The position numbers and the translations under genes are program-made. The notes beneath the pieces were generated by a model, which saw nothing but the letters and a program-made list of their open reading frames with translations, was not told the DNA's origin and searched no databases. Shown here in pieces: positions 48,646 to 58,942 of a stretch of 64,000 bases of DNA. The stretch spans positions 10,497-74,496 of the forward strand of contig JBJEVF010000007.1 in the NCBI GenBank assembly GCA_051884215.1, given 5' to 3'. Position 1 is the stretch's first letter, and each line of letters begins with the position of its first letter. This DNA is from Christensenellaceae bacterium (GTDB lineage Bacteria; Bacillota; Clostridia; Christensenellales; Borkfalkiaceae).

Positions 48646-50274
48646 ATGCCTAAGAGTATCAACGGCGCAATGTTTACCAAAATGGTTACTTTTGCGTCTC
48701 GCTTGCTCGATTTAAATAGAGAGAAAATCGACGCTTTGAACGTATTCCCCGTGCCGGACGGAGATACGGGAACGAATATGAGCCTTACGATGAGGTCTGC
48801 GGTCAAAGAGCTGAAATCTGCCCGCTCAAACAGCTTAGCTGAAACTTGCGATAAGATTTCAAGCGGTGCGCTCCGCGGCGCAAGGGGAAATTCAGGCGTT
48901 ATTACCTCACAGATATTTAAGGGTATTTGTTCGTCGCTAAGGGACGAAGAAGAAATTACCACCAAGGCTTTTACAAAAGCCTTGCAAAGCGCAACTAAGG
49001 TTGCTTATTCTGCCGTATCCAAGCCTAAGGAAGGCACAATACTTACCGTTATCAGAATGATGAGCGAGGGCGCTCAGAATATAAAAGCCAAAGATTTTGA
49101 AGAATATTTTACGCAAATTCTCGAAGTCGGCGAAAGCGCGCTCCAGATGACGCCTGAGCTTTTGCCAGTACTTAAAAAAGCCGGCGTTGTAGATAGCGGC
49201 GGAACGGGCTTGTTGATAATTTTCCGCGGAATGCAGATGGCTGTTTCCGGCTTGGAAATCGCCGAAGGCGAGTATGAAGCCGAGGTTGTCGAAACGCCTA
49301 AAGAAGATATGCCGACTGCCGACGTGTTAAATTTGGGCGACATAGAATTCGGTTATTGTACTGAGTTTTTTATCATCAACTTAAAGAAAAAAACCACATT
49401 GGCGGATATTGACAGATTGCGTGAAAAGCTTATGACGATGGGCGATAGCGTTATCGTTGTCGGCGATTTGAGCTTTGTCAAGGTTCACGTCCACACCAAC
49501 ACTCCCGGCAAGGCTTTGACGTTGGCGTTGGAGCTTGGCGAAATTAACAACGTTAAAATCGATAATATGCTCGAAGAGCATCGGGAAATGATTAAAAAGT
49601 ATGAGGCTGAAAGAAAACCCGTAGGCGTCATATCGGTTGCTCAGGGCGATGGACTTGCGCAGATTTTTAAGGAATTGAACGTGGATATCGTAATCGAAGG
49701 CGGTCAGACGATGAATCCGAGCGCAGACGATATTGCGAATGCTGTAACACAGGTCAACGCCGAAACTGTTTTCGTACTTCCTAACAACAAGAATATCATA
49801 CTTGCCGCCGAGCAGGCAAAAGATTTGGTCGAAGGTAAAAAGATCGTAGTCGTGCCGACTAAGAACGTTCCCGAGGGACTGACTGCCGCTATTTCGTTTG
49901 ATCCCGATATTTCAAGCGACGATAACCTTATGAATATGCTTCACGCTATCGACAGCGTTACCGAAGGTATGGTTACTTATGCGGTTAGATCGACGAGAGT
50001 GGATAATTTGACCATCAAAAAAGGCGATTTTATCGGTCTTACAAGCAAAAAGATACTGACAAAAGCAAAATCCGTAGAAGACGCTACGCTGGATCTGATT
50101 GCAAAGCTTATGGATAAAACTCATAGTCTTGTCAATCTGTATTTCGGCGACGACGTTTCGCAGGAAAACGCCGAATCGTTACAGAAAAAGGTTGCAGAGC
50201 TTTATCCCGATTGCGACGTCGAATTGTATTACGGCGGTCAGGCGGTTTACTATTATATCATTTCGTTAGAATAA
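48646..50274 (+). CDS. yloV: DAK2 domain fusion protein YloV (fatty acid kinase FakA-like)
   Basis: N-terminal Dak2 domain (LNVFPVPDGDTGTNM, RGNSG) and 542 aa. Synteny is asp23-yloV-recG. Confidence 0.88.
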   Translation: MPKSINGAMFTKMVTFASRLLDLNREKIDALNVFPVPDGDTGTNMSLTMRSAVKELKSARSNSLAETCDKISSGALRGARGNSGVITSQIFKGICSSLRDEEEITTKAFTKALQSATKVAYSAVSKPKEGTILTVIRMMSEGAQNIKAKDFEEYFTQILEVGESALQMTPELLPVLKKAGVVDSGGTGLLIIFRGMQMAVSGLEIAEGEYEAEVVETPKEDMPTADVLNLGDIEFGYCTEFFIINLKKKTTLADIDRLREKLMTMGDSVIVVGDLSFVKVHVHTNTPGKALTLALELGEINNVKIDNMLEEHREMIKKYEAERKPVGVISVAQGDGLAQIFKELNVDIVIEGGQTMNPSADDIANAVTQVNAETVFVLPNNKNIILAAEQAKDLVEGKKIVVVPTKNVPEGLTAAISFDPDISSDDNLMNMLHAIDSVTEGMVTYAVRSTRVDNLTIKKGDFIGLTSKKILTKAKSVEDATLDLIAKLMDKTHSLVNLYFGDDVSQENAESLQKKVAELYPDCDVELYYGGQAVYYYIISLE

Positions 50275-50280
50275 ATTTTA

Positions 50281-50309
50281 AAGGAAAAACTGAAGTTTTT
50301 CCTTTTTTT
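50281..50309 (+). terminator. Intrinsic terminator after yloV, abutting the recG start
   Basis: AAGGAAAAAC-tgaa-GTTTTTCCTT forms a perfect 10-bp stem plus TTTTT. The recG ATG is at 50316. Confidence 0.65.
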
Positions 50310-50315
50310 ATAATT

Positions 50316-52328
50316 ATGGAATTAAGACTGATTAAAGGTTTAAGCGACAAAAGAATAGCTGATTTAAAAATGATGGGCATAAATTCAGCCGAAGAGCTTA
50401 TAAGGCATTTTCCGAAAAATTATCTCGATTTAAGGAACGAAATAAGCATTCGCGAAGCAGTCCATAACGATTTTGCGTTGTTTAAAGCAAGAATCGTCGG
50501 TACGCCGACGCTTTTAAAAACGAAAACGCGTTTCAACTACGTCAAAGCTATGTGCGAACAAGGCGGCGAGCTTTTCAACGTTATCTGGTTTAATCAACCG
50601 TACGTTTTATCAAAGCTGTCGCCGAATACCGAGTATCTGTTTTACGGACGAGTCAGAAACCGTTTCGGTCAGGTTTCAGTCACCAATCCGACGTTTGAAT
50701 TGGTTGATAGCAATCTGAGCTTAAAAGGCATAGTGCCGGTTTACAGAGTCAAGGGTTGTATAACTCAAAAAATTATGCGCAGCGTAATTTCAGACGCATT
50801 GAATAAAGTGAGTATTCAGTCCGTTTTACCGCAAAACTCGTTGCTGGGCGAAAATATTCTGAGTCTTAGCGAAGCATATAAGACCGTCCATAGTCCTCAA
50901 ACCTTTACTTTGCAAAGAGAGGCTTCGGAAAGGATCGCTCTCGAAGAATATTACGTTTTAATTTCTGCATTTAAAATAATAAAAGGCGACAAACAGCAAA
51001 TCCGCATAAACAGGTATAACTGTTCCGGAGCTGAGCTGAAAAAATTTACTTCCCGATTCGGCTTTGAATTTACGGCAGGTCAAAAGCAAGCGGTCAACGA
51101 TATTTTTGCCGATATGAAAGGCAATAACGTTATGAACAGACTTTTACAAGGCGACGTAGGAAGCGGAAAAACCGCGGTAGCGCTGTGTGCGGTTTATATG
51201 TCTGCCGTAAGCGGTTACCAATCCGTAATGCTTGCGCCGACCGAAGTGCTTGCGAAACAGAATTTCGAGTTGATGAAAAAGTATTTTCCCGAGTTCAGAA
51301 TAGGCTTTTTATCCGGCTCGGTTTCGCCAAAAGAAAAAACGGCAATAAAGAAAGCCGTTAAAAACGGCGAATACGATATAGTTTGCGGAACTCACGCCGT
51401 TTTGGAAAAAGACGTTCAGTTTAAAAATCTCAGTCTTTGCGTTTGTGACGAGCAACAGCGGTTCGGCGTTTCTCAAAGAACGAAATTAGTGGAAAAAGGC
51501 AGAGCGACAGACGTTCTCGTTATGAGTGCAACGCCGATTCCGCGCACTTTATCTTTAATTTTTTACGGCGACCTTGACGTTTCGACTATTCCCGATAAAC
51601 CTAAGCGGCGTCAGGAGGTTACAACGAGCATAGTACCGAATTTCAAATACGACGATATGCTTAAATTTATACAAAGAGAAGTCAACGACGGCAGGCAAGC
51701 GTTTTTTGTATGTCCGAAAATCGAAGGCGATTTAGAAGGTTCTCAGATGAGCGTTCAGGAAATTTACGACGAGATTAAGAATAAATCTCCGTCGCTCAGA
51801 TGCGAAATACTTCACGGTAAGATGAAAGACAAAGAAAAGACTGAAATAATGCAGAATTTTTTAGAAAAGAAATTTGACGTTTTAATTTCTACTACCGTTA
51901 TCGAAGTCGGTATCGACGTTCCCAACGCTACCGTTATGGTTATTTACGGCGCAGATAGATTCGGTCTGTCGCAGCTGCATCAGCTTCGTGGACGAGTCGG
52001 AAGGTCGGACCTTAAAAGCTATTGCTTCCTGTTGAGCGATAACGATAGCGAAAAAGCTATGAACAGGCTGAAAATTCTCAAAGAGAACAGCGACGGCTTT
52101 AATATTTCCGAGCGGGATTTCGAAGAACGCGGAAGCGGAGATTTTATGGGAACGAGGCAGTCTGGTAAATTCGGCGGTATTCTCGGCGGCTTGCAATATT
52201 CGACTTCGGTGATTTTTCTTGCTAAAAAGGTCAGCGACCACGCTTTTTTATCCAACGAAAATATACGGAAAATCAGAGAAATTGCTTTCGAACGTTATTA
52301 TAGCTTGAAGGACGTGACCTTGAATTAA
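50316..52328 (+). CDS. recG: ATP-dependent DNA helicase RecG
   Basis: Start set at MELRLIKGLSDKR, which aligns by eye with the RecG N-terminal HhH-like region. The ORF-track start at 50211 overlaps yloV and is rejected. Motifs are LLQGDVGSGKT, DEQQRFG and QLHQLRGRVGR. Confidence 0.93.
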   Translation: MELRLIKGLSDKRIADLKMMGINSAEELIRHFPKNYLDLRNEISIREAVHNDFALFKARIVGTPTLLKTKTRFNYVKAMCEQGGELFNVIWFNQPYVLSKLSPNTEYLFYGRVRNRFGQVSVTNPTFELVDSNLSLKGIVPVYRVKGCITQKIMRSVISDALNKVSIQSVLPQNSLLGENILSLSEAYKTVHSPQTFTLQREASERIALEEYYVLISAFKIIKGDKQQIRINRYNCSGAELKKFTSRFGFEFTAGQKQAVNDIFADMKGNNVMNRLLQGDVGSGKTAVALCAVYMSAVSGYQSVMLAPTEVLAKQNFELMKKYFPEFRIGFLSGSVSPKEKTAIKKAVKNGEYDIVCGTHAVLEKDVQFKNLSLCVCDEQQRFGVSQRTKLVEKGRATDVLVMSATPIPRTLSLIFYGDLDVSTIPDKPKRRQEVTTSIVPNFKYDDMLKFIQREVNDGRQAFFVCPKIEGDLEGSQMSVQEIYDEIKNKSPSLRCEILHGKMKDKEKTEIMQNFLEKKFDVLISTTVIEVGIDVPNATVMVIYGADRFGLSQLHQLRGRVGRSDLKSYCFLLSDNDSEKAMNRLKILKENSDGFNISERDFEERGSGDFMGTRQSGKFGGILGGLQYSTSVIFLAKKVSDHAFLSNENIRKIREIAFERYYSLKDVTLN

Positions 52329-52363
52329 CAATCTATCCAAACGGTTTTGCTTCGAGCGAAATT

Positions 52364-52395
52364 AAAAAAATATCGGTGAAAACCGATATTTTTTT
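52364..52395. terminator. Bidirectional terminator between convergent recG and rqcH
   Basis: AAAAAAATATCGGT-gaaa-ACCGATATTTTTTT is a perfect palindromic hairpin. Its T-run overlaps the rqcH stop codon. Confidence 0.75.
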
Positions 52396-54094
52396 ATATC
52401 AGGTGTTGAGCGTGTTCATGAGGTGTGACCAGAATGGTTTTCTGGTTAGTATAAAATACCATTCCCGTATTGATATTTTGCGGTTTTTTAACGAATTTTC
52501 TCAGAGTGTAATCGACGGGAACCTTATCGCTGTTTCTTGCCTTTGAATAATATGCGCAGATTTCCGCTGAAAACAGAATTACGTCGTCCGGGACCGTTTT
52601 TCCGTCGGTTTTTATGATTACATGTGCGCTGTGATAATCTTTTGCGTGAACGAATACGTCGTTTCTCGACGCGTTTAAAGTAAGCTTGTCGTTTTGCATA
52701 TTGTTTTTGCCGACGAATATTGTGAAGCCGTTATATAGATATTCGCGCGGTTTTGATATTGCAGGGGGTTTTTTATTTGATTTTTGCGTTTTTATCAAAC
52801 CGTAAAGCTTCAATTCTTCTTCAATATCCTGCAAATCGGATAAGGTCTTGGCTTCGTCGATTTCAAAATTCAAGGTATTGATATATTCGATTTCTCTATT
52901 TACGTTATCGACTTGCGTAGTAGTTGCTTTCTGAGTATTTTTGAGCTTTGTCGCTTTTTTAAAGTATTTTTCAGCGTTTTCCTTTGCCGTCAGTTTCTTG
53001 TCAACGGGAATTTTTATTATAGGGTAATCGTCCTTTGTGTAATCGTTTAAAGCGACGTAATCCGAATTTATATTTTTCAGTTGATACAGGTTAGAAATCA
53101 ACAGCTCGCCGTAAAGCTTGAGTTTTTCCGTATCTAAGCATTCATTGAGCCGTTCAAGAAGAAGCTGCAATTTCTTTTCGGTCTTTTTTTGATAAGCCGA
53201 TACGACGCTTTTGATTTTTGCCTTGGCAGAGGTGAATATTCTTTTATCTTCTTTTGCGATATAAAAACCGTCAACGGTTTTAAGTATGCTTTCAAAACGT
53301 GTTTTTTCAGCTGTAACCGTTATATAATCTGTAATGAAAAAATCCTTGTCAGTACAGTTCGGCTGTATTTTACATTTAACGTAAAAATCTTTAAAAAACG
53401 ATATAAAATCTGGAATATTTAAGTTTTTTTCAAAATTCAGGTCGTTGTTTTTAAGAGCGTATCTTTGCGTAATTTCAAAAGCAGTCTGTTTGGATATTCC
53501 TTTAATATTTTCGAAAACGTATTGTGTAAAATCGCCTTCGCAATAATTCGATAATACTCTCGTTAAAGCCTTATCGTCGTCAGGCTCGGCTTTTAATTGC
53601 GATATAGGAAGTATATATTTTACGCCCGGAAAAATAGGTCTGAGATTGTTCTGGTCTATGGTGGACTGTTTAATGGCGCCGATGATAATTCCGTTCTGAA
53701 CGGCTATTACGTTTGAAAATTTTCCCATTATTTCGACGTAAATTTCTTTTTCGCACAATTCGAAAAGCTCGTTTTTGCATTCGGCGGTCAGTTTTATGAT
53801 TCGCTCGTTATTAACTAAGGCAACGTCAGTAATTACCGCTTTTGAAAAATGTTTTCTCAACAGCATAAGAAAGTTAGGCGCAGAAATCGGGTTGGAAAAA
53901 TTTTTTTCGGTAACGCAAATTCTCGCAGATTCTGCATGCGCCGATATGAGTAGCTTAAAGTTTTCTCTTTGACTATGCATAGAAAAAACTACGGTGTCGC
54001 TATCGGGCTGATTGATTTTTTCCACCTTGGATTGAATAAGTATTTTTTTAAGTTCTTCGGCTGTGTGATACAGTGTGAAAGCGTCTTGCGGCAT
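52394..54094 (-). CDS. rqcH: Ribosome quality control protein RqcH (NFACT / fibronectin-binding protein A family)
   Basis: NFACT-N (MPQDAFTLYHTAEELKKIL..KVEKINQP), a long coiled coil, and NFACT-R/DUF814 (FVHAKDYHSAHVIIK). 566 aa. Confidence 0.9.
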   Translation of the reverse strand: MPQDAFTLYHTAEELKKILIQSKVEKINQPDSDTVVFSMHSQRENFKLLISAHAESARICVTEKNFSNPISAPNFLMLLRKHFSKAVITDVALVNNERIIKLTAECKNELFELCEKEIYVEIMGKFSNVIAVQNGIIIGAIKQSTIDQNNLRPIFPGVKYILPISQLKAEPDDDKALTRVLSNYCEGDFTQYVFENIKGISKQTAFEITQRYALKNNDLNFEKNLNIPDFISFFKDFYVKCKIQPNCTDKDFFITDYITVTAEKTRFESILKTVDGFYIAKEDKRIFTSAKAKIKSVVSAYQKKTEKKLQLLLERLNECLDTEKLKLYGELLISNLYQLKNINSDYVALNDYTKDDYPIIKIPVDKKLTAKENAEKYFKKATKLKNTQKATTTQVDNVNREIEYINTLNFEIDEAKTLSDLQDIEEELKLYGLIKTQKSNKKPPAISKPREYLYNGFTIFVGKNNMQNDKLTLNASRNDVFVHAKDYHSAHVIIKTDGKTVPDDVILFSAEICAYYSKARNSDKVPVDYTLRKFVKKPQNINTGMVFYTNQKTILVTPHEHAQHLI

Positions 54095-54226
54095 AATTCT
54101 TCCTTTTAACTAATTATATTATACTTTTATTGAGGAAAAAAGCAATAAAACGCATAAAAAAAGTTTACAATTCCGGGAAAAAATGTTAAACTTTACTGGT
54201 ATTAAAGAAAAGTTTAGGAGTTTATT

Positions 54227-55507
54227 ATGAAATACGTTACAGAAAAGGCTGAAAAAAGCCAGATTAAAGTCACTATGACGATCGAAAGCGCAGATTGGGA
54301 AGACGCCATTCGCAAAGCTTACGAAAAGAGCAAATCAAAATTCAACGTTCAGGGATTCAGAAAGGGCAAAGTGCCGTTTGCCGTAATTTGTTCTCAATAC
54401 GGCAAAGAAGTTTTTTATGAAGACGCTTTAAACATTGCTATAAGCGAATATTATCCTCAGGTTCTTGCAAAAGAAGATTCTATTCACCCCGTCGGCGATC
54501 CCGATATCAAGCTCAACGATTTCGGCGAGGAAATCAAACTCGATATTCTCATTCCCGTTATGCCCGAAGTAGTAATTGAGTCATACAAGGGTATAAAGGT
54601 AGATAAAGTTGAGTATAATGTAACCGATGAGGACGTTCAGAAGGACGTAGATCGTTTGCTCGATCGTAACTCACGCGAAATTTCAGTTACAGACAGGGCG
54701 TGCAAGGAAGGCGATACGGTCGTTATTGATTTTTCAGGTTCAGTTGACGGCGTAAAATTCGAAGGCGGCACGGCGGAAAAATACAGACTCAATCTCGGTT
54801 TGCATTCCTTTGTTCCGGGATTTGAAGAACAAGTTGTCGGTATGAATATCGGCGACGAAAAGGAAATCAACGTTAAATTCCCCGAAGATTATACCGAAGA
54901 ATTAAAGGGTAAGGACGCAGTTTTTGCTATCAAACTACACGAAATACTTAACAAAGAGCTTCCTGAATTGAACGACGAGTTTATAAAAGAAGCTACCGGC
55001 GACGAATCTGTTGAAGCATACAAGCAAAAGGTCAGAGAAAGAATACAGAAAGAAAACGACAACAGAGCTAAAAACGAGACCGAAGATAAGCTTCTTGACG
55101 CTATAGCCGAAAAGACTACCGTTGAAATTCCCGACGCTATGGTTGAAAACGAAATTTCAAGTATGATTCAACAGCTCGAATACAGATTGATGTACCAGGG
55201 AATCAAGCTCGACGATTATCTCAAAATGATCGGTCAGACCGAACAGGATCTCAGGGCTTCTTATAAAGATACGGCTCTTCCGAGGGTTAAGAAACAGCTT
55301 ATCGTAAACAAGATAATCGAAACGGAAAACATAAAAGCAGAGCAGGCTGAGATTGACGCAAAGATTGCAGAACAGGCTAAATCTGTTGATAAAGAAGTTG
55401 AAGAATACAAGAAGACTATGGATCCGAGACAGGTTGAATACATTCAGAATTCAATCATCGTCGATAAACTTTTTGAGTTCTTAATCAACAATAACGAAGT
55501 TGCTTAA
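54227..55507 (+). CDS. tig: Trigger factor
   Basis: Contains GFRKGKVP, a central FKBP-type PPIase domain ([20 protein letters not shown]) and a C-terminal chaperone arm domain. 426 aa. Located upstream of clpP-clpX. Confidence 0.96.
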   Translation: MKYVTEKAEKSQIKVTMTIESADWEDAIRKAYEKSKSKFNVQGFRKGKVPFAVICSQYGKEVFYEDALNIAISEYYPQVLAKEDSIHPVGDPDIKLNDFGEEIKLDILIPVMPEVVIESYKGIKVDKVEYNVTDEDVQKDVDRLLDRNSREISVTDRACKEGDTVVIDFSGSVDGVKFEGGTAEKYRLNLGLHSFVPGFEEQVVGMNIGDEKEINVKFPEDYTEELKGKDAVFAIKLHEILNKELPELNDEFIKEATGDESVEAYKQKVRERIQKENDNRAKNETEDKLLDAIAEKTTVEIPDAMVENEISSMIQQLEYRLMYQGIKLDDYLKMIGQTEQDLRASYKDTALPRVKKQLIVNKIIETENIKAEQAEIDAKIAEQAKSVDKEVEEYKKTMDPRQVEYIQNSIIVDKLFEFLINNNEVA

Positions 55508-55551
55508 TTATTGTAAAAAGTTTTAAAATCACCGATTGTAATAGGAGTTTT

Positions 55552-56130
55552 ATGAAATATTTGCAGGTTTCAGAATCAACGGGCGCAGGCGAAAAGGTAA
55601 TGGACTTATGGTCCAGACTTTTGGAAGACAGAATAATATTCATAACCGGCGAAATCGACGACGTTCTGGCAAACGCCGTCGTTGCGCAGCTTATATATCT
55701 CGAAGCCAAGGATCCCGATAAGGATATTTGCCTTTATATCAACAGTCCGGGCGGAAGCGTTTCAGCAGGCTTTGCCATTTACGACACTATGAACTACATC
55801 AAATGCGACGTAAGCACGATTTGTATCGGACTTGCGGCAAGTATGGGCGCATTTCTTTTGTCGAGCGGAGCTAAAGGCAAGCGTTATGCTTTACCGAACA
55901 GTGAAATAATGATTCACCAACCGCTCGGCGGAGCAAGAGGTCAGGCGACGGACATCAAAATTGTTGCCGACCACATTATGAAGACAAAGGCTAAATTGAA
56001 CGCCATACTTTCTAAAAATACTCAAAAACCGATAGAGCAGATAGAAAAAGATACGGATAGAGATAACTATTTATCTGCAGAAGAGGCAAAGGAGTACGGA
56101 CTTATCGACACCGTATATTATTCAAGATAA
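55552..56130 (+). CDS. clpP: ATP-dependent Clp protease proteolytic subunit
   Basis: [10 protein letters not shown], catalytic [11 protein letters not shown] (Ser), IMIHQP (His), and an Asp in the [13 protein letters not shown] segment. Confidence 0.97.
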   Translation: MKYLQVSESTGAGEKVMDLWSRLLEDRIIFITGEIDDVLANAVVAQLIYLEAKDPDKDICLYINSPGGSVSAGFAIYDTMNYIKCDVSTICIGLAASMGAFLLSSGAKGKRYALPNSEIMIHQPLGGARGQATDIKIVADHIMKTKAKLNAILSKNTQKPIEQIEKDTDRDNYLSAEEAKEYGLIDTVYYSR

Positions 56131-56140
56131 ATGGAGGATT

Positions 56141-57406
56141 ATGGATAACAACAACACGACATCTAACGGAAATACCGATAATCCTGAAATGCGTTGTTCG
56201 TTTTGCGGAAAGCCGAAAGAGCTTGCAAACAGACTGATTGCGGGACCAAACGGCGTTTATATCTGCGACGAATGTATAGAAATTTGTCAGGACGTTTTGA
56301 AAGACGATACCGAAAACGAAAAATCGCAGCAAGTTCAGCTTTTAAAACCGCAGGAAATCAAAGCGGAGTTGGATAAATTTATCGTCGGTCAGGACGAAGC
56401 AAAAAAGGTATTATCGGTTGCCGTTTATAATCATTACAAGCGTATCAATATGTTGAGAGCGCGCAAGGATAAAGACGACGATACCTTGGTTGAAAAGTCC
56501 AATATTTTAATGTTGGGCCCAACGGGATGCGGTAAAACGCTGCTTGCTTCGACGCTTGCTAAAATTCTTAACGTTCCGTTTGCCGTTGCAGACGCAACTA
56601 CGCTTACGGAAGCAGGTTACGTCGGTGAGGACGTCGAAAATATACTTTTAAAGCTGATTCAGAACGCCGATTACGATATCGACAGGGCTGAAAGAGGCAT
56701 TATTTATATAGACGAAATCGATAAAATCGCAAGAAAAGGCGAAAACGTTTCAATAACGAGAGACGTATCGGGCGAAGGCGTACAGCAGGCGCTTCTAAAA
56801 ATCATTGAGTCAACGGTTGCGTCCGTTCCGCCGCAGGGTGGAAGAAAGCATCCTCAGCAAGAATTGATAAGAATTGACACCACAAACATTTTGTTTATTT
56901 GCGGCGGAGCTTTTGTCGGGCTCGATAAAATTATCGAAAGAAGGCGCGACGGTTCAAGCTTCGGTTTTAACGCTACCGTCAACTCAAAAAATTCCGATCC
57001 TGATAAGTTTTTATCGGATGTACAGCCTCAGGATTTGACAAAATTCGGCTTGATACCTGAATTTGTCGGTCGTGTGCCTATAACGGTTTCTCTGCACGCA
57101 CTCGACGAAAACGCTTTGGTCAGAATAATGACCGAGCCCAAGAACGCTATCGTCAAGCAATATCAGAAGCTCGTATCCTTCGATAACGTCGAACTCGAAG
57201 TAAAAGAGGACGCCGTTATGGAGATAGCTAAAAAGGCTATATCGTTAAAAACTGGTGCAAGGGGCTTGAGAACGATATTCGAAAATATTATGCTCGATAC
57301 GATGTACGTCGTTCCGAGCGACGATACTATCGCAAAGATTATCATCGATAAAGACGTTGTCAACGGCGTTAAAAAACCGGAGATAGTAAAAAAGCAAATA
57401 GCATAA
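56141..57406 (+). CDS. clpX: ATP-dependent Clp protease ATP-binding subunit ClpX
   Basis: Zn finger CSFCGK..CDEC, Walker A GPTGCGKT, Walker [10 protein letters not shown] and IGF-type loop SFGF. 421 aa. Confidence 0.97.
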   Translation: MDNNNTTSNGNTDNPEMRCSFCGKPKELANRLIAGPNGVYICDECIEICQDVLKDDTENEKSQQVQLLKPQEIKAELDKFIVGQDEAKKVLSVAVYNHYKRINMLRARKDKDDDTLVEKSNILMLGPTGCGKTLLASTLAKILNVPFAVADATTLTEAGYVGEDVENILLKLIQNADYDIDRAERGIIYIDEIDKIARKGENVSITRDVSGEGVQQALLKIIESTVASVPPQGGRKHPQQELIRIDTTNILFICGGAFVGLDKIIERRRDGSSFGFNATVNSKNSDPDKFLSDVQPQDLTKFGLIPEFVGRVPITVSLHALDENALVRIMTEPKNAIVKQYQKLVSFDNVELEVKEDAVMEIAKKAISLKTGARGLRTIFENIMLDTMYVVPSDDTIAKIIIDKDVVNGVKKPEIVKKQIA

Positions 57407-57408
57407 AT

Positions 57409-57435
57409 AAAAAAGGGGCTCGGCTCCTTTTTTTT
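57409..57435 (+). terminator. Intrinsic terminator after clpX
   Basis: AAAAAGGGGC-tcg-GCTCCTTTTT hairpin followed by a T-run. Confidence 0.7.
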
Positions 57436-57541
57436 GTCGTTAATTTGTGACAATATTGTTGAAATTTAATCAAAAAAATGTTATCATATAATAGATATAT
57501 TATAATTAAGTAATATATAAGTCTTAAACAGTAGGGATCTT

Positions 57542-58933
57542 ATGAAAAAAAGAATTGAAATTTCGCAGATATTTAAAGATAGTGAACGATTAGCAGGAAA
57601 ATCAGTATGCGTTATGGGTTGGGCTCGTACAATACGCGATTCCAAATCCTTTGGCTTTATAGAGCTTAACGACGGTAGCTTTTTTAAAAATATTCAAGTA
57701 GTTTTTGAGCGCGACGTCGTAAAGAATTACGATGAAATAGCTTCTCAGAACGTCGGAGCTTCGCTGAAAGTTGTCGGCGTGCTCGTTTTGACGCCCGAAG
57801 CAAAACAGCCCTTTGAAATCAAAGCCGAGAGCGTAGAAGTGCTCGGTCAGTCGTCTCCCGATTATCCGTTGCAGAAGAAACGCCATTCGATGGAATATCT
57901 CAGGGAGATAGCTTATTTAAGACCGAGAACGAATACGTTTAACGCCGTGTTCAGAATAAGGAGCGAAGCCGCTTACGCTATTCATAACTTTTTCCATAGC
58001 AGAGGTTTCGTTTACGTTCACACACCGATTATCACCGGAAGCGATTGCGAAGGCGCAGGCGAAATGTTTCAGGTAACTACGCTTGATTTAGATAAAACGG
58101 CTTCAAGCGGTAAAGTCGATTATTCAAAGGACTTTTTCGGAAAAAAAGCGTCTCTTACGGTATCGGGACAGTTAAACGTCGAAACTTATGCGATGGCGTT
58201 TTCTAACGTTTATACGTTCGGTCCTACGTTCAGAGCCGAAAAGTCCAATACGTCCCGACACGCGGCAGAGTTTTGGATGATTGAGCCCGAAATGGTTTTT
58301 GCTGATTTATCCGACGATATGGACGTTGCGGAAGCAATGGTAAAAGCAATTATTGATCACGTTTTTGCAACTTGCCCGAACGAATTGGAGTTCTTGAATA
58401 AATTTGTCGATAACGGCTTGTTAGAAAGGTTAAACAACGTTCGTCATAACGATTTTGAAAGATTGACTTATACAAAAGCCATAGAGCTGCTTACTCCGCA
58501 TAAAGATAAATTTGAATATCCCGTATATTGGGGTTGCGATCTTCAGAGCGAGCACGAGCGTTTTATAACCGAACAAATTTATAAAAAACCTGTGTTTTTA
58601 ACAGATTATCCTAAGGAAATAAAGGCGTTTTACATGCGTTTGAACGACGATAACAAGACTGTTGCGGCAGCCGACCTGCTCGTACCGGGTATCGGAGAGT
58701 TAATCGGCGGCAGTCAAAGGGAAGAACGCCTTGACGTCCTTATGGACAAGCTGAAAGAATTCAACCTGAAACCCGAAGATTACAGCTGGTACGTCAATCT
58801 CAGAAAATACGGCGGAGCCGTTCACTCGGGCTTCGGTTTAGGCTTTGAACGTATGATAATGTATTTAACGGGAATATCTAACATAAGGGACGTAATTCCA
58901 TTCCCGAGAACGGTAGGAAATCTTGAATATTAG
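57542..58933 (+). CDS. asnS: Asparagine--tRNA ligase
   Basis: Class IIb aaRS with an OB anticodon-binding N-domain, [21 protein letters not shown] and GFGLGFERM. 463 aa. Confidence 0.95.
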   Translation: MKKRIEISQIFKDSERLAGKSVCVMGWARTIRDSKSFGFIELNDGSFFKNIQVVFERDVVKNYDEIASQNVGASLKVVGVLVLTPEAKQPFEIKAESVEVLGQSSPDYPLQKKRHSMEYLREIAYLRPRTNTFNAVFRIRSEAAYAIHNFFHSRGFVYVHTPIITGSDCEGAGEMFQVTTLDLDKTASSGKVDYSKDFFGKKASLTVSGQLNVETYAMAFSNVYTFGPTFRAEKSNTSRHAAEFWMIEPEMVFADLSDDMDVAEAMVKAIIDHVFATCPNELEFLNKFVDNGLLERLNNVRHNDFERLTYTKAIELLTPHKDKFEYPVYWGCDLQSEHERFITEQIYKKPVFLTDYPKEIKAFYMRLNDDNKTVAAADLLVPGIGELIGGSQREERLDVLMDKLKEFNLKPEDYSWYVNLRKYGGAVHSGFGLGFERMIMYLTGISNIRDVIPFPRTVGNLEY

Positions 58934-58942
58934 GAAGTTTAT

